NCBI GenBank assembly: GCA_002772815.1
Contig: PFDQ01000022.1
Coordinates: 1 to 40,824, forward strand
From: Candidatus Peregrinibacteria bacterium CG10_big_fil_rev_8_21_14_0_10_42_8
GTDB lineage: Bacteria > Patescibacteriota > Gracilibacteria > Peribacterales > Peribacteraceae
Direction: 5' to 3'
DNA length: 40,824 nucleotides
Shown: piece by piece, positions 7,319-17,415 of the stretch
How positions within the stretch are numbered: the first letter of the stretch is position 1
Layout of the letters: the number at the start of each line of letters is the position of its first letter
The notes under the pieces: model-generated
Told to the model about the DNA's origin: nothing
The model's input: only the letters and a program-made list of their open reading frames with translations
Databases searched by the model: none
Program-made: the position numbers and the translations under genes

Positions 7319-8166
7319 CTCCACTTCTCCTTGATGGCAAAGTTGCATCTGCTGCACTCCTCGATTTCTTAAAACCGATGGTGGAAACACTCGACCCAAA
7401 ACTCGTTGTTATTCAAGTCGGTGACGACCCAGCAAGTAGTAGCTACATCAAACAAAAAGTTAAAAGTTGTGAAAAAGTTTCCATGAGAAGTGACCATATT
7501 CACATGCCAGAAGACACAACTATCGACACTCTTATGCAAAAAATTGACGAGCTAAATAATGATGCTGATGTCACAGGATTTTTTGTGCAGCTGCCGCTAC
7601 CAGATCAGCTTCGTGGTCACGAGCCAGAAATTATCAAAGCTATTAGTCCAATGAAAGATGTTGATGGCTTTGGTGCCTATAACCTAGGAAAAATGTTCCT
7701 CAGCAAAGAGTTTGAGCACCTTCCTCCAGCAACACCATCAGGAATTATTCGATTGCTCGAACACTTTGATATTGAAATAGCCGGAAAGCATGCGGTCGTT
7801 ATTGGTCGAAGTAACACGGTCGGAAAACCTGTAGCCATCATGTTGCTTAACCGCAATGCAACAGTTACTGTTTGCCATAGCAAAACATCTAACCTTGCAG
7901 ATATTGTGCGCCAAGCAGACATTATTATTGCTGCTGTTGGACAACCAAAAATGATTACAGCTGATATGGTGAAAGATGGTGCAGTTGTTGTCGACGTGGG
8001 TATTCACAGAACGGATGAAGGTCTCTGTGGTGACACAGATTTTGATGCACTTCTTTCGAAGGTTTCTGCCATCTCCCCTGTACCTGGAGGAGTAGGGCCT
8101 ATGACAGTTGCTAGCCTCATTCGAAACTGTGTTACTGCCAAAGAACGGCAAATGGCGCTACGATAA
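7315..8166 (+). CDS. folD: Bifunctional methylenetetrahydrofolate dehydrogenase/cyclohydrolase
   Basis: LLDGKVAS..., VIGRSNTVGKPVAIMLLNRNATVTVCHSKT and PVPGGVGPMTVA. Confidence 0.92.
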   Translation: MTPLLLDGKVASAALLDFLKPMVETLDPKLVVIQVGDDPASSSYIKQKVKSCEKVSMRSDHIHMPEDTTIDTLMQKIDELNNDADVTGFFVQLPLPDQLRGHEPEIIKAISPMKDVDGFGAYNLGKMFLSKEFEHLPPATPSGIIRLLEHFDIEIAGKHAVVIGRSNTVGKPVAIMLLNRNATVTVCHSKTSNLADIVRQADIIIAAVGQPKMITADMVKDGAVVVDVGIHRTDEGLCGDTDFDALLSKVSAISPVPGGVGPMTVASLIRNCVTAKERQMALR

Positions 8167-8300
8167 TGTCTTGCGAATTACAGGAATATCCCTAAAATAT
8201 CTCCATGGAAAATGGGTTTTCCTCAATATTTGGCCCCACGAACAACCGTTCGTCGAGCCTACTTTGCTACAACCTCTGTACCTCAATTCTCTTCTAAAAT

Positions 8301-9812
8301 ATGTGTGGAATAATGGCAATCTCTGGCTATCAAGATATCATCCAAGACCTTTACGATGGCCTCATGCTTCTCCAGCACAGAGGTCAAGATGCAGCTGGAA
8401 TAATGACATACAACAACCAATTTCACCTAAAGAAAGCAAACGGAATGGTACGAGATGTCTTCCATGCAAAATCTCTCGCGAGACTCAAAGGACCAATGGG
8501 TATTGGACACGTTCGCTACCCAACTGCAGGGTGCAGCTCGGAGTTCGAAGCACAGCCATTTTTCGTTAATAGCCCATTTGGAATTGCGATGGCACACAAT
8601 GGAAACCTTACAAACCACAAGGAGCTCGCAAAAGAATTACTTGAAACAGAGTTTAGACATCTCAATACAAATTCTGATTCTGAAATCCTTCTTAATATGT
8701 TTGCCGTTGCTCTGCACAAGCAAAAGCCCAAAAACCTCACTCCAGACCATGTGTTTGCAGCATGTAAAACACTCTTTAAAAAGTGTAAAGGAGCATATAG
8801 TGCAGTTGCCCTCATTGGTGGGCATGGGATTGTTGCTTTTCGCGATCCTCATGGAATACGACCTCTGCAGCTTGCAAAAAGAAAATTTGGAATGAAAGAA
8901 GAGTTTATGATTGCCTCTGAAAGCAGTGCCTTTTACGGATTAGAATTTGAGTTTGTCCGAGATATTGAACCTGGGGAAGTTATCTTTATTGATAAGAAAA
9001 ACAAACTTCACAGTCGTATAGTTACTAAGGGGGAGCTCACTCCTTGCATGTTTGAATGGGTGTACCTTGCAGCACCAGATTCAACTATTGATGGTGTAAA
9101 CGTCTATAAGGCTCGTGTTCGAATGGGTGAGTACCTTGCAGACCAAATAAAGGCTGCAGGTATTAAGATAGACTCTGTTATTCCCATTCCAGATACTGGG
9201 AGGCCAGCTGCAACTGGACTCGCAGATAAACTAAAAGCGAGATACCGAGAAGGCTTTGTAAAAAATAGATACATCGGTCGAACATTTATTATGCCTGGAC
9301 AAAAGGTTCGCAAGCGAAGCCTGAAGTTTAAGCTCCACCCTATTGAGCTTGAATTCAAAGGAAAGAATGTTCTTCTTGTTGATGATTCTATTGTTCGTGG
9401 AAATACGAGTAAAAAAATTGTAGAACTCGTAAGAGAGGCAGGAGCAAAGAAGGTCTATTTTGCTTCCGCATCACCTCCAATTATTGGTCCTGATCCTTAT
9501 GGGATAGACCTTCCAACGACAACAGAGCTTATTGCTGGCAACAAATCTATTGAAGAGATTCGGAAATACATCGATGCAGATGGCCTTTTCTATAGCAAGA
9601 TAGAGGATATGCATAAGGCAATAACATACGGAAATAAGAAGATTACAAAGTTTTCAGAAGGGTGCTTTACAAAAAAATATCCAACACCAGAAGTAACACC
9701 AAAGCTTCTTAAAGAACTCGGATGCAGTCGAAACGATACACGAGGAGATGATGAGAGTGATGACGATGATGAAAAAGATGGTGATGGTAGTAAAACAATG
9801 AGCCTTGTATAG
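8301..9812 (+). CDS. purF: Amidophosphoribosyltransferase
   Basis: MCGIMAI (N-terminal Cys nucleophile), LQHRGQDAAG, a PRPP loop VLLVDDSIVRGNTS, and an unusual poly-acidic C-terminal tail DDESDDDDEKDGD. Confidence 0.93.
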   Translation: MCGIMAISGYQDIIQDLYDGLMLLQHRGQDAAGIMTYNNQFHLKKANGMVRDVFHAKSLARLKGPMGIGHVRYPTAGCSSEFEAQPFFVNSPFGIAMAHNGNLTNHKELAKELLETEFRHLNTNSDSEILLNMFAVALHKQKPKNLTPDHVFAACKTLFKKCKGAYSAVALIGGHGIVAFRDPHGIRPLQLAKRKFGMKEEFMIASESSAFYGLEFEFVRDIEPGEVIFIDKKNKLHSRIVTKGELTPCMFEWVYLAAPDSTIDGVNVYKARVRMGEYLADQIKAAGIKIDSVIPIPDTGRPAATGLADKLKARYREGFVKNRYIGRTFIMPGQKVRKRSLKFKLHPIELEFKGKNVLLVDDSIVRGNTSKKIVELVREAGAKKVYFASASPPIIGPDPYGIDLPTTTELIAGNKSIEEIRKYIDADGLFYSKIEDMHKAITYGNKKITKFSEGCFTKKYPTPEVTPKLLKELGCSRNDTRGDDESDDDDEKDGDGSKTMSLV

Positions 9813-9813
9813 C

Positions 9814-11139
9814 ATGAAGATTCTGCTTTTATCGCTGGCTGCTCGCGGACACGCAATTGCTGACGCATTATCAAGAAGTCCACAGAGTGCAGACATTATT
9901 TCACTCGTCCCTGCACGGAATGCTGGCATTGCATCACTTGCATCGGAGCAACATATTGTTGATCTCATGGATTTTGATTCAGTCCTAGATATAGCCAAAT
10001 ACGTACAGCCAGACTTTGCATTTGTGGCGCCAGATGACCCAATTGGTGCTGGTATTGTTGACGCTCTTGAAAGTATTGGCATTCAGTCCGTCGCCCCTAA
10101 GAAACAACTTGCACAGATAGAATCAAGTAAAGGGTTTACGAGAGATCTCCTTGCAAAATATTCTATCGATGCATCACCCGCGTATGCCTATATTACGGAA
10201 AAAAATGAAAGCCTTATACGTGATTTCATCGATAAACAAAAGGGTAACTACGTTGTAAAATATGATGCTCTCAAAGGAGGAAAAGGGGTAAAGGTTAGCG
10301 GAGAACATTTGGATAGTATTGATGACGGTGTTACGTATGCACTTGAATGCATAGAAGAATGTGGTCGTGTTGTCCTTGAAGAAAAGCTTATTGGGGTAGA
10401 GTTTAGCTTAATTAGCTTTGTCTCTGGTGCACACGTTGTCGATACTCCAGCAATCCAAGACCATAAAAGAGCATTTGCTGGTGACACAGGTCCAAACACT
10501 GGAGGTATGGGTACATGGAGCGATAGAGACCACAGCTTGCCATTTATTGCCTCATCAGATCTTGCAAGAGCGAAAGAGCTCAACCGTCTTACGGCTGCGG
10601 CATTACAAAAAGAATTTGGCGAACCGTTTAAAGGAATACTGTACGGTGGTTTTATTCTTACAAAAAAGGGGGTTCAGCTTATCGAATACAATGCACGATT
10701 TGGTGACCCAGAGGCTCTTAATATCCTGCCACTTCTTGAATCTGACTTTATTACTATCTGCCAAGGAATACTTGCAGGTGATTTATCAGAAGACATGGTG
10801 GCGTTTTCTAAAAAAGCCACAGTTTGCAAATATATTACACCGGAAGGATACCCAGAAAATAAAGATCAACGTGGACAACCCTTCTCTCTTCCTACACCTG
10901 GAAGTAATGCACGTATTTACCTTGGCGATGTCTCTGAAGGAAACGATGGCCAGTTGCTTCTAGGAGGCTCTCGTACAGCCGGCATTGTTGGGATAGGAGA
11001 TACTATTACAGAAGCAGAACACATTGCTGAAGAACTCTGCAAGCAGGTAAAAGGCCCAGTACGATACAGGTCTGATATTGGTACACAGGATCTTATTAAT
11101 AAACGGATTGATTTGATGAAGAGTATACGAAACGCGTAG
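9814..11139 (+). CDS. purD: Phosphoribosylamine--glycine ligase
   Basis: ATP-grasp motifs: EEKLIGVEFSL, DHKRAFAGDTGPNTGGMG and EYNARFGDPE. The track start 9805 is TTG and overlaps purF. The ATG at 9814 (MKILLL) lies 1 nt after the purF stop. Confidence 0.9.
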   Translation: MKILLLSLAARGHAIADALSRSPQSADIISLVPARNAGIASLASEQHIVDLMDFDSVLDIAKYVQPDFAFVAPDDPIGAGIVDALESIGIQSVAPKKQLAQIESSKGFTRDLLAKYSIDASPAYAYITEKNESLIRDFIDKQKGNYVVKYDALKGGKGVKVSGEHLDSIDDGVTYALECIEECGRVVLEEKLIGVEFSLISFVSGAHVVDTPAIQDHKRAFAGDTGPNTGGMGTWSDRDHSLPFIASSDLARAKELNRLTAAALQKEFGEPFKGILYGGFILTKKGVQLIEYNARFGDPEALNILPLLESDFITICQGILAGDLSEDMVAFSKKATVCKYITPEGYPENKDQRGQPFSLPTPGSNARIYLGDVSEGNDGQLLLGGSRTAGIVGIGDTITEAEHIAEELCKQVKGPVRYRSDIGTQDLINKRIDLMKSIRNA

Positions 11140-11149
11140 AGTACAACGT

Positions 11150-12466
11150 ATGCGTAAAAATATATCAACAATACTCATACCATTTGTCTATTTTATAGCA
11201 GGTGCCACAGGCATCGCTTCTGTTGCTACAACATTTTACTACAAAGATGACTTACTTCTTAGCCCTGCACAGGTTGCAATTCTTGGCTCTATTTCTATTA
11301 TTCCGTGGAGCATTAAACCACTCTATGGTTTCTTTTCTGACAGAAAAGCCATTTGGGGTTTTCGTAGAAAGCCATACTTGTTCCTCTCAGGTCTTATGGG
11401 TGCTAGTGGGTATTTCTCTATGGCAACATGGGTGAACTCATTTCATAGTGTCATAGTTGCACTGTTTATCTCTGGTATGGGATTTGCACTTGCAGATGTC
11501 ATTGTTGATGGGATTGTTGCCGAGAAGAGCAAAAACCAAAAAGATGCAGGGAAGCTTCAGAGTATCTGTAGGGCATCCATTATGATTGGCGCATTCCTTG
11601 TCGCTTATCTTTCTGGAATTCTTGTCGAAGCAATAGGGCCACGAAACGTTTTCTTTCTTACAGGTGCCTTGCCACTCCTTACAAGCATACTGGCGATTGT
11701 AATGACAGAAGACAAATCAGCTATTGAAATCTTTTCTCTTAAAGAAACATGGCGAAAATTTACAGATGCCATGACACGGGATTTGTTGTGGACAATTCTA
11801 TTTATCTTTGTATGGAGGGCGACACCAAGTAGTGGAGGTGGTCTCTCGTATTTTATGATTGATGAATTAGGATTTGATCCAGAGTTTTTTGGTCGCCTCA
11901 GCATGATATCTCATGCAATGAGCATTGTTGGTGTTCTTGCATTTCGAAAATTCCTGATAAGTGTATCGCTTCGGAAGCTCTTCTTTTGGGTAATCATTGC
12001 AAGCGTTGTGCTAAGCATGCCAAGTATTGGCCTTGTGTATGGATGGTATGAGATCATTGGCGTAAGCCCACGGTTCTTTGCTCTTGCGGATACATTTATA
12101 TCAGCACCTCTTACGGAAATTGCCTTCCTTCCACTTCTCGTGCTTGCAGCACGGCTCTGCCCTAAAGGCATAGAAGCAACCATGTTTGCTGTCCTCGCTT
12201 CTATTATGAATATTGGATATGCATTATCAGACCTTGGTGGAGCATGGCTTTTAAACCACTTCAATGTTCACCAAGCAATGGGTGATATTGCCGCAAACTA
12301 CGAACAACTCGATATTGTACTCTGGATTGCAATACTCAGTAGCTTCCTTCCAATGCCATTTATTATGATGCTTCCAGAGGTACGCGTCACAGAAGAGCTT
12401 ACCAGTAGCTCTAAAGAAGACACTGTAGGCTCTGTTCTTGGTACAGAGAAAAAAGATATAGCGTAA
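11150..12466 (+). CDS. Folate-biopterin transporter (BT1/FBT family, MFS)
   Basis: IPWSIKPLYGFFSDRKAIWGFRRKPYLFLSGLMG matches the FBT signature (LPW.IKPLYGF.SD....GYRRR.YL) as I recall it. About 12 TM helices. Confidence 0.82.
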   Translation: MRKNISTILIPFVYFIAGATGIASVATTFYYKDDLLLSPAQVAILGSISIIPWSIKPLYGFFSDRKAIWGFRRKPYLFLSGLMGASGYFSMATWVNSFHSVIVALFISGMGFALADVIVDGIVAEKSKNQKDAGKLQSICRASIMIGAFLVAYLSGILVEAIGPRNVFFLTGALPLLTSILAIVMTEDKSAIEIFSLKETWRKFTDAMTRDLLWTILFIFVWRATPSSGGGLSYFMIDELGFDPEFFGRLSMISHAMSIVGVLAFRKFLISVSLRKLFFWVIIASVVLSMPSIGLVYGWYEIIGVSPRFFALADTFISAPLTEIAFLPLLVLAARLCPKGIEATMFAVLASIMNIGYALSDLGGAWLLNHFNVHQAMGDIAANYEQLDIVLWIAILSSFLPMPFIMMLPEVRVTEELTSSSKEDTVGSVLGTEKKDIA

Positions 12467-12584
12467 AAATTGTATATTTCTCTCAGTACATAGAATCTTC
12501 CTGGAAGACTTCTTCAAGAGCACGCTGCTGAGACACAGGAAGCATCTCTACAAAATCGGTGTAAGACATGTGAGATGTCAATTC

Positions 12585-13649
12585 CTATTCAGCACCAACT
12601 GCAGCCAATTTATCGAGTTGATCTTGCTGAATAAGGGCATCGATAATTTGCTTAATACCTCCTTCCATAATACCTGGAAGGTTGTTGAAACTCTGGTTAA
12701 TACGATGGTCTGTAACACGGTCTTGCGGGTAGTTATATGTTCGAATCTTCTCACTTCTGTCGCCAGAACCAATCTGCCCTAGTCGCATATCACCTCGCTC
12801 TTTTGCGAGTCGCTCTTGCTCTGCTGCATAAAGCCTTGATCGAAGAACACCCATAGCTTTGAGCTTATTTTTTAACTGAGACTTTTCATCCTGACAAATA
12901 ACAATAATGTCTGTCGGTATGTGCGTAATACGAACTGCTGAATCTGTCGTGTTAACCGACTGTCCACCTGGACCACTTGACCGAAAGATATCAATTCGTA
13001 GATCTTCATCTCTAATCTGGATGTCTACTTCTTCAGCTTCTGGAAGGATAGCAACAGATGCTGCACTTGTATGAACGCGTCCTTTGTTCTCTGTCGCAGG
13101 AATACGCTGTACACGATGTACACCAGACTCAAACTTTAGCTCTCCATATGCACCGACTCCATCGATCTTACAGACCACTTCCTTCACCCCTCCACTTTCA
13201 GAATCTCTCTTATCCATAAGTTCTGCTGTCCAACCTCGCTCTTCTGCGTATCGCAAGTACATACGAAGCAACTCTCCTGCAAAGATCGCTGCCTCATCTC
13301 CACCTGTTCCAGCACGAATTTCGAGGATAACAGACCTATCATCATCAGCATCTTTTGGAATAAGAAAGAGTTTCATTTCTTCTTCAAGCTCTGGTAGTTT
13401 TTTCTTTGCAATTTCTGCTTCTGCTTCTGCCATTTCTATCATCTCAGGGTCTTCACCCGCTTCTTTAACGAAATCGATTGCAGCCTGGCATGCCTCATAC
13501 TCTTTCATCATTCCAAGTAACGGGCGAAGATCAGACATTCTTTTTCCGATACGAGCAATGTGCTTTGGATCGCTCAATACCTCTGGACTTTGCATTTTTT
13601 GCTCAAGTTCTTTGTATTCACCAGCCAGTAGTCGTAGCTTATCAATCAT
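12585..13649 (-). CDS. prfA: Peptide chain release factor 1
   Basis: RF1 tripeptide PAT ([16 protein letters not shown]) and GGQ ([22 protein letters not shown]). I prefer the ATG at 13649 (MIDKLRLL). The track start 13823 would overlap the upstream gene by 167 nt. Confidence 0.93.
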   Translation of the reverse strand: MIDKLRLLAGEYKELEQKMQSPEVLSDPKHIARIGKRMSDLRPLLGMMKEYEACQAAIDFVKEAGEDPEMIEMAEAEAEIAKKKLPELEEEMKLFLIPKDADDDRSVILEIRAGTGGDEAAIFAGELLRMYLRYAEERGWTAELMDKRDSESGGVKEVVCKIDGVGAYGELKFESGVHRVQRIPATENKGRVHTSAASVAILPEAEEVDIQIRDEDLRIDIFRSSGPGGQSVNTTDSAVRITHIPTDIIVICQDEKSQLKNKLKAMGVLRSRLYAAEQERLAKERGDMRLGQIGSGDRSEKIRTYNYPQDRVTDHRINQSFNNLPGIMEGGIKQIIDALIQQDQLDKLAAVGAE

Positions 13650-13656
13650 ACAATAA

Positions 13657-14727
13657 TTAGTATTTTCTCTGCTTTGTATCAAATTGGTAACAATACTTGC
13701 CCACTGGATGGTTCCAAAAGATATCAAACCTCTCTTGTAGGAGGAAGTTAAAGGTGGCACATAACTCAAAATGACTCGAATCAATGATTGTATAATCGTA
13801 TTGAATACCAGTTTCAGGATCATGAATATTTGGCAATTGGTAGAGTGCTTTGTCTAGCACCTCATCGAGTGTTTTTGGAATCGGGAGCACAGGATGTTCG
13901 ACTTCTGTTGGATCTTTCGGCGTACGATCATCATAGACAATTGAGAAAATTGTTGATTGAATTTGTCGAAGATCACTAAGGCGTGCGTCATCAAATTTCT
14001 GCTGTCTTCCTGTTGCTGGTGACCCGACAATCAAAATTCCCCACACAACTGCTAGACCTATGACGCTAGATGTAAAACCGAAAAACTTCTTATTCAAAGA
14101 TTTTGTCTTAGAAACAGCTGTTTTTAACGACAGGAAATAATAGGTAAACGTTGCCCCAGCAAGAATAAAGACTACTGCTACCTTTAGAAGGAACCGTACA
14201 GAAAGTTCTCCTTCAAGGAGTGAAAAGACTAACGTTATAAGATTAACCATTAATGTTGATGCTGCAACAAAGAGTGTGATGTATGTCAGCCATCGACGTA
14301 TGCCGCTCCACGCCTTTTGCGGATGAGAGACAATATCTTTATGTATCAAACGAGACATCCACAAGAGTAGTGGAAATGCGACGATTATTGCAGCCATGCT
14401 CATTCTAATACCAGAGAAATCTTGATTTTGGCTATACATAGATTCTGTAACATCTGGAAACGCTCGATTGATATACTGAAAGAACAGAATAATCAAACTA
14501 ATGACCATTGTGTACAGTGCAGCGAAACTTAACAGGTGTAAGAACGCCTCTCTAGCCCCTCCTACATCTGGCGGTGTTGGAACCTCCATATCTAGCCCTT
14601 CAGAGCTTAAGGCTTGAGCAATCTCCTTTTCCTTCCAACCAGAAGACAGTAATAACATACGAATTGTTGAGTGATCCATCCCTTTTTTTCTTGCATGCGC
14701 GATAAAATCTTCCAAAGTAGTACTCAT
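13657..14727 (-). CDS. DUF5671-like multi-pass membrane protein
   Basis: [35 protein letters not shown] resembles the DUF5671 N-terminal signature. There are six or so TM helices and a soluble C-terminal domain. I prefer the ATG at 14727 (MSTTLEDF); the track start 14760 is TTG. Confidence 0.55.
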   Translation of the reverse strand: MSTTLEDFIAHARKKGMDHSTIRMLLLSSGWKEKEIAQALSSEGLDMEVPTPPDVGGAREAFLHLLSFAALYTMVISLIILFFQYINRAFPDVTESMYSQNQDFSGIRMSMAAIIVAFPLLLWMSRLIHKDIVSHPQKAWSGIRRWLTYITLFVAASTLMVNLITLVFSLLEGELSVRFLLKVAVVFILAGATFTYYFLSLKTAVSKTKSLNKKFFGFTSSVIGLAVVWGILIVGSPATGRQQKFDDARLSDLRQIQSTIFSIVYDDRTPKDPTEVEHPVLPIPKTLDEVLDKALYQLPNIHDPETGIQYDYTIIDSSHFELCATFNFLLQERFDIFWNHPVGKYCYQFDTKQRKY

Positions 14728-14813
14728 AAAGAAAATGTTGAAAAAAATAGATTGATCCAATAATAGACTATTTTAGTACTCACGTATGTAATAATTCCAG
14801 TATTCTACACATA

Positions 14814-15890
14814 ATGAAGATTATGGTTGCTATGTCCGGCGGTGTAGATTCCTCTGTTGTTGCTCATAAACTTAAAGAAGAAGGGCACGATCTTATAGGT
14901 GTAATGATGAAGCTATGGGTAGACCCCCTTGCTCCTGAGGTGCGCCGCATGCTCCCATCGAAGTGTTGTTCTATAGAACACATCAATAGGGCCCGTACAG
15001 TCTGTGAAAGCTTAGGTATGCCGTTTTATGTTATGAACCTTGAAGAGGACTTTAAATCTGAAGTTGTTGATCCCTTCATTGAAGATTATCAAGCTGGAAA
15101 AACACCAAATCCCTGTATTAACTGCAATAGAGATTTAAAATTTGGAAGACTTCTTCAGAAAATGAAAGATCTTGGCTGTGAAAAACTTGCCACTGGCCAC
15201 TATGCAAAGGTAATGAAAGATGATCAAGGTGTATATCACCTTCATGAAGCAACGGATCTACCAAAAGATCAAAGTTATTATCTCTATGGACTATCACAAG
15301 AACAACTCAGCAATGTTATTTTTCCACTTGGTGATCTTCATAAGACAGAGACCTTTGCGCTCGCACAGAAATACAATGTCCCCATGAATAGTGATTATCA
15401 CGAAAGCCAAGACCTCTGCTTTTTTCCAGAAAAAGAACCAAAAGAATTCTTGAAGCGATACATAACCGACATGGAACCAGGCGATATCAAACTTGAAGAT
15501 GGAAGCACAGTGGGCACACATGAAGGCTTGCCCCTCTATACAATCGGCCAACGACGAGGGCTTGGCATTGGCGGACTTATTATTCCACTACACGTTGTGC
15601 GAAAAGAGACAGATACGAATACTATTATTGTTGCACCAAATGGATCTGACCATACACAAAGCCTTGAGGCAGATGCGCTTAAATGGATTTATAAAGAGAT
15701 TGATCGACATATCGATTTTGAATGCATTGTTCGAATCAGCTCACATGGACAGCGATGTCATGGGGTGGCAAATCACAATGGTGAAACATTAAAATTTGTC
15801 TTCTCCAAGCCAATAAGAGGAATAGCTGCTGGGCAGTCTATTGTGCTTTATAACGAGGATGAGATCCTTGGTGGCGGAGTTATTGTTTAG
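14814..15890 (+). CDS. mnmA: tRNA-specific 2-thiouridylase
   Basis: PP-loop VAMSGGVDSSV, NPCINCN, and QSYYLY / DLCF motifs. Confidence 0.93.
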   Translation: MKIMVAMSGGVDSSVVAHKLKEEGHDLIGVMMKLWVDPLAPEVRRMLPSKCCSIEHINRARTVCESLGMPFYVMNLEEDFKSEVVDPFIEDYQAGKTPNPCINCNRDLKFGRLLQKMKDLGCEKLATGHYAKVMKDDQGVYHLHEATDLPKDQSYYLYGLSQEQLSNVIFPLGDLHKTETFALAQKYNVPMNSDYHESQDLCFFPEKEPKEFLKRYITDMEPGDIKLEDGSTVGTHEGLPLYTIGQRRGLGIGGLIIPLHVVRKETDTNTIIVAPNGSDHTQSLEADALKWIYKEIDRHIDFECIVRISSHGQRCHGVANHNGETLKFVFSKPIRGIAAGQSIVLYNEDEILGGGVIV

Positions 15891-16057
15891 ATGGTACAAT
15901 CATATTCTTATCCCTACTAAAACTCTTTGTTTTTTGCTATAATAAAAGGATTCCTCTCTTTTCTCACCAAGACTGGCAAAACGATGACGATGAACGAGTT
16001 CACATTGATGAAACTGGTCATATCTATATTCATAGCAAAGAGACAGATCCAAAGCTT

Positions 16058-17209
16058 GTGATGCAACCTCTGTATGAAGACATTGAAGATATCACTATCG
16101 TACGTACAACAGAATGGCAAATTACTGAACAAGATGAAGTAATTCAATCTGCCCGAAAAGAAGAACGGCAGTCTGAAAAAACAGAACAACTTGTTGATGT
16201 CTTAAAAAATGTTCGTAGTAGCATCCTAAACAATACAAGCTCTGTTTTAAATGAAGGAAAAAATCAATATGTTCATAGCTATCATAGAGCAACGTTTCAT
16301 TTGTCTGATATTCAAAAAGCAGTAATTCAAGGAATGAAATCCTTATGGTCTTTCCTTTCACAACCAGTATGGGTGATGCGCAAAAACAACTCTGCAAAGA
16401 AGTACAATCGCGGAACGCTCTTCATGCTTGATGCAATTCGTTTTGGAGGGACCTTCTCAGCGATTTTTGTAGGACTCTTTGTATCACTCAACTATCAAAG
16501 CTTCTATCAGATTATCACTCCGTATCTCGACCCTGTAGAGCGCATCTCAACTGCGAATGGCTCTGTTTCTGATATTGATAGTGCCCTAAAAGATAAGCTT
16601 ATGAAAAGCCCTATGCTTGCGACCGCAGGACGTGAAGAAGGAAATTTACTCAGCTATCTCCCAAATGTTGGACCACCAGAAAATAGAGTTATCATCCCAA
16701 AGCTTGGCCTAAACGTGCCTCTTGTTACCCCTTCCTATAACTCTCTCCTCAAAGAAGACTGGGAAGGTGTTGAAGAAGACATTCAAGATGCCCTACAACA
16801 TGGTGTAGTTCATTACCCAGGAACAGCAAGGCCTGGACAGGCTGGGAACTTCTTTATTACTGGTCACAGCTCGTATTACCCATGGGCAGATGGAAACTTT
16901 AAAACTATTTTTGCGAGACTACATGAGCTGGAAATTGGTGATGAATATTGGGTGTATTATGGCGGTGATAAACATCGTTATGTCGTCATGAGTAAAAAAG
17001 AAGTAAAGCCATCTGATGTTACTGTCTTAGACCAGCCTACCAATAAACGTGTCTCAACTATGATGACATGCACGCCAGTCGGTACCACGCTTCGTCGTCT
17101 TATTGTTCAATCACAAGAGGTGGATTCTGTTACAGGAGTTGCCCTTCAAGTTGGAGAAAAAGAAACACGCACTGTTCAAGATGCCTTACCATCGGCTCTA
17201 CCAATCTAA
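16058..17209 (+). CDS. Sortase-family transpeptidase with long acidic N-terminal region and one TM helix
   Basis: Catalytic His in FFITGHSSY, Cys in TMMTCTPVG and Arg in TLRRLIV. TM segment LFMLDAIRFGGTFSAIFVGLFVSL. The start is uncertain (GTG 16058 or ATG 16061), and the frame stays open upstream without an ATG. Confidence 0.8.
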   Translation: MMQPLYEDIEDITIVRTTEWQITEQDEVIQSARKEERQSEKTEQLVDVLKNVRSSILNNTSSVLNEGKNQYVHSYHRATFHLSDIQKAVIQGMKSLWSFLSQPVWVMRKNNSAKKYNRGTLFMLDAIRFGGTFSAIFVGLFVSLNYQSFYQIITPYLDPVERISTANGSVSDIDSALKDKLMKSPMLATAGREEGNLLSYLPNVGPPENRVIIPKLGLNVPLVTPSYNSLLKEDWEGVEEDIQDALQHGVVHYPGTARPGQAGNFFITGHSSYYPWADGNFKTIFARLHELEIGDEYWVYYGGDKHRYVVMSKKEVKPSDVTVLDQPTNKRVSTMMTCTPVGTTLRRLIVQSQEVDSVTGVALQVGEKETRTVQDALPSALPI

Positions 17210-17269
17210 AGAGAATACCTTTCATAGAATGGATTGCTTCTTTAGAATAGCGATGATCTTTTTCATATA

Positions 17270-17355
17270 GCCGCAGTGGTGGAATGGTAGACACGAGGGA
17301 CTTAAAATCCCTTGGGCATTAGCCCGTACTGGTTCGATTCCAGTCTGCGGTACCA
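17270..17355 (+). tRNA. tRNA-Leu(UAA): tRNA-Leu, anticodon UAA, class II with long variable arm, CCA encoded
   Basis: - Acceptor GCCGCAG/CTGCGGT.
- Anticodon stem AGGGA/TCCCT with loop CTTAAAA.
- Variable arm GGGC-atta-GCCC.
- T arm ACTGG-TTCGATT-CCAGT.
- Discriminator A, then CCA. Confidence 0.9.
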
Positions 17356-17387
17356 AGTTTTTGAGTATAGCCAAATATATCTTTATA

Positions 17388-17396
17388 TGTTATAAT
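17388..17396 (+). promoter_or_regulatory. Extended -10 promoter element (TGTTATAAT) upstream of the EamA gene
   Basis: TGnTATAAT lies 20 nt upstream of the ATG at 17416. No convincing -35 is present. Confidence 0.3.
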
Positions 17397-17415
17397 ATAT
17401 AAAGAAACACACATT

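Noticed and set aside
8167-8300. ZTP (pfl) or purine riboswitch, or a leader peptide (30-codon ORF 8205-8297), in the 134-nt gap upstream of purF.
   Set aside because: There is no GGGTCGTGACTGGCG...CCGCCTGGGC ZTP core and no purine-riboswitch junction motifs. Only a 5-bp hairpin (CGAAC-aacc-GTTCG) is present. The small ORF has no SD and nothing protein-like.
12485-12569. 28-codon minus-strand ORF (MSYTDFVEMLPVSQQRALEEVFQEDSMY*) immediately downstream of prfA, in the position where prmC often sits.
   Set aside because: It has no convincing SD, is too short to resemble PrmC, ends in TGA and then runs antisense into the transporter gene. I treat it as non-coding 3' UTR or convergent-terminator space. 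The nearby CTTCCTG...CAGGAAG pairing has too long a loop for a confident terminator call.
13084-13656. Long antisense ORFs inside real genes: 13084-13656 (+, 190 aa, Ser-rich), 32220-32786 (+), 37194-37736 (+), 21071-21658 (-), 9654-10082 (-), 36020-36427 (-) and similar.
   Set aside because: All lie opposite confidently identified genes (prfA, the DEAD-box helicase, the esterase, carB, purF/purD, the peroxidase). They have low-complexity or Cys/Ser-biased sequences and no recognisable motifs.
13650-13823. Long N-terminal extensions proposed by the ORF track: prfA from 13823, tmk from 6620, the SLH protein from 19346, YceI from 31919, the DUF2202-like protein from 38165, the TPR protein from 29339 and purD from 9805.
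   Set aside because: Each extension overlaps a neighbouring gene or starts at TTG/GTG, and adds non-homologous residues ahead of a conserved N-terminus or a signal peptide that begins at an internal ATG. I trimmed these to the internal ATGs in the feature list.
15891-16057. Open reading frame continuing upstream of the sortase start (…HQDWQNDDDERVHIDETGHIYIHSKETDPKLV-MQPLY), plus a 24-codon out-of-frame ORF (15984-16055).
   Set aside because: The upstream stretch contains no ATG, GTG or TTG start with an SD. It may reflect a non-canonical start or chance openness in an acidic-codon-rich region. There is not enough evidence to extend the gene or call a frameshift.
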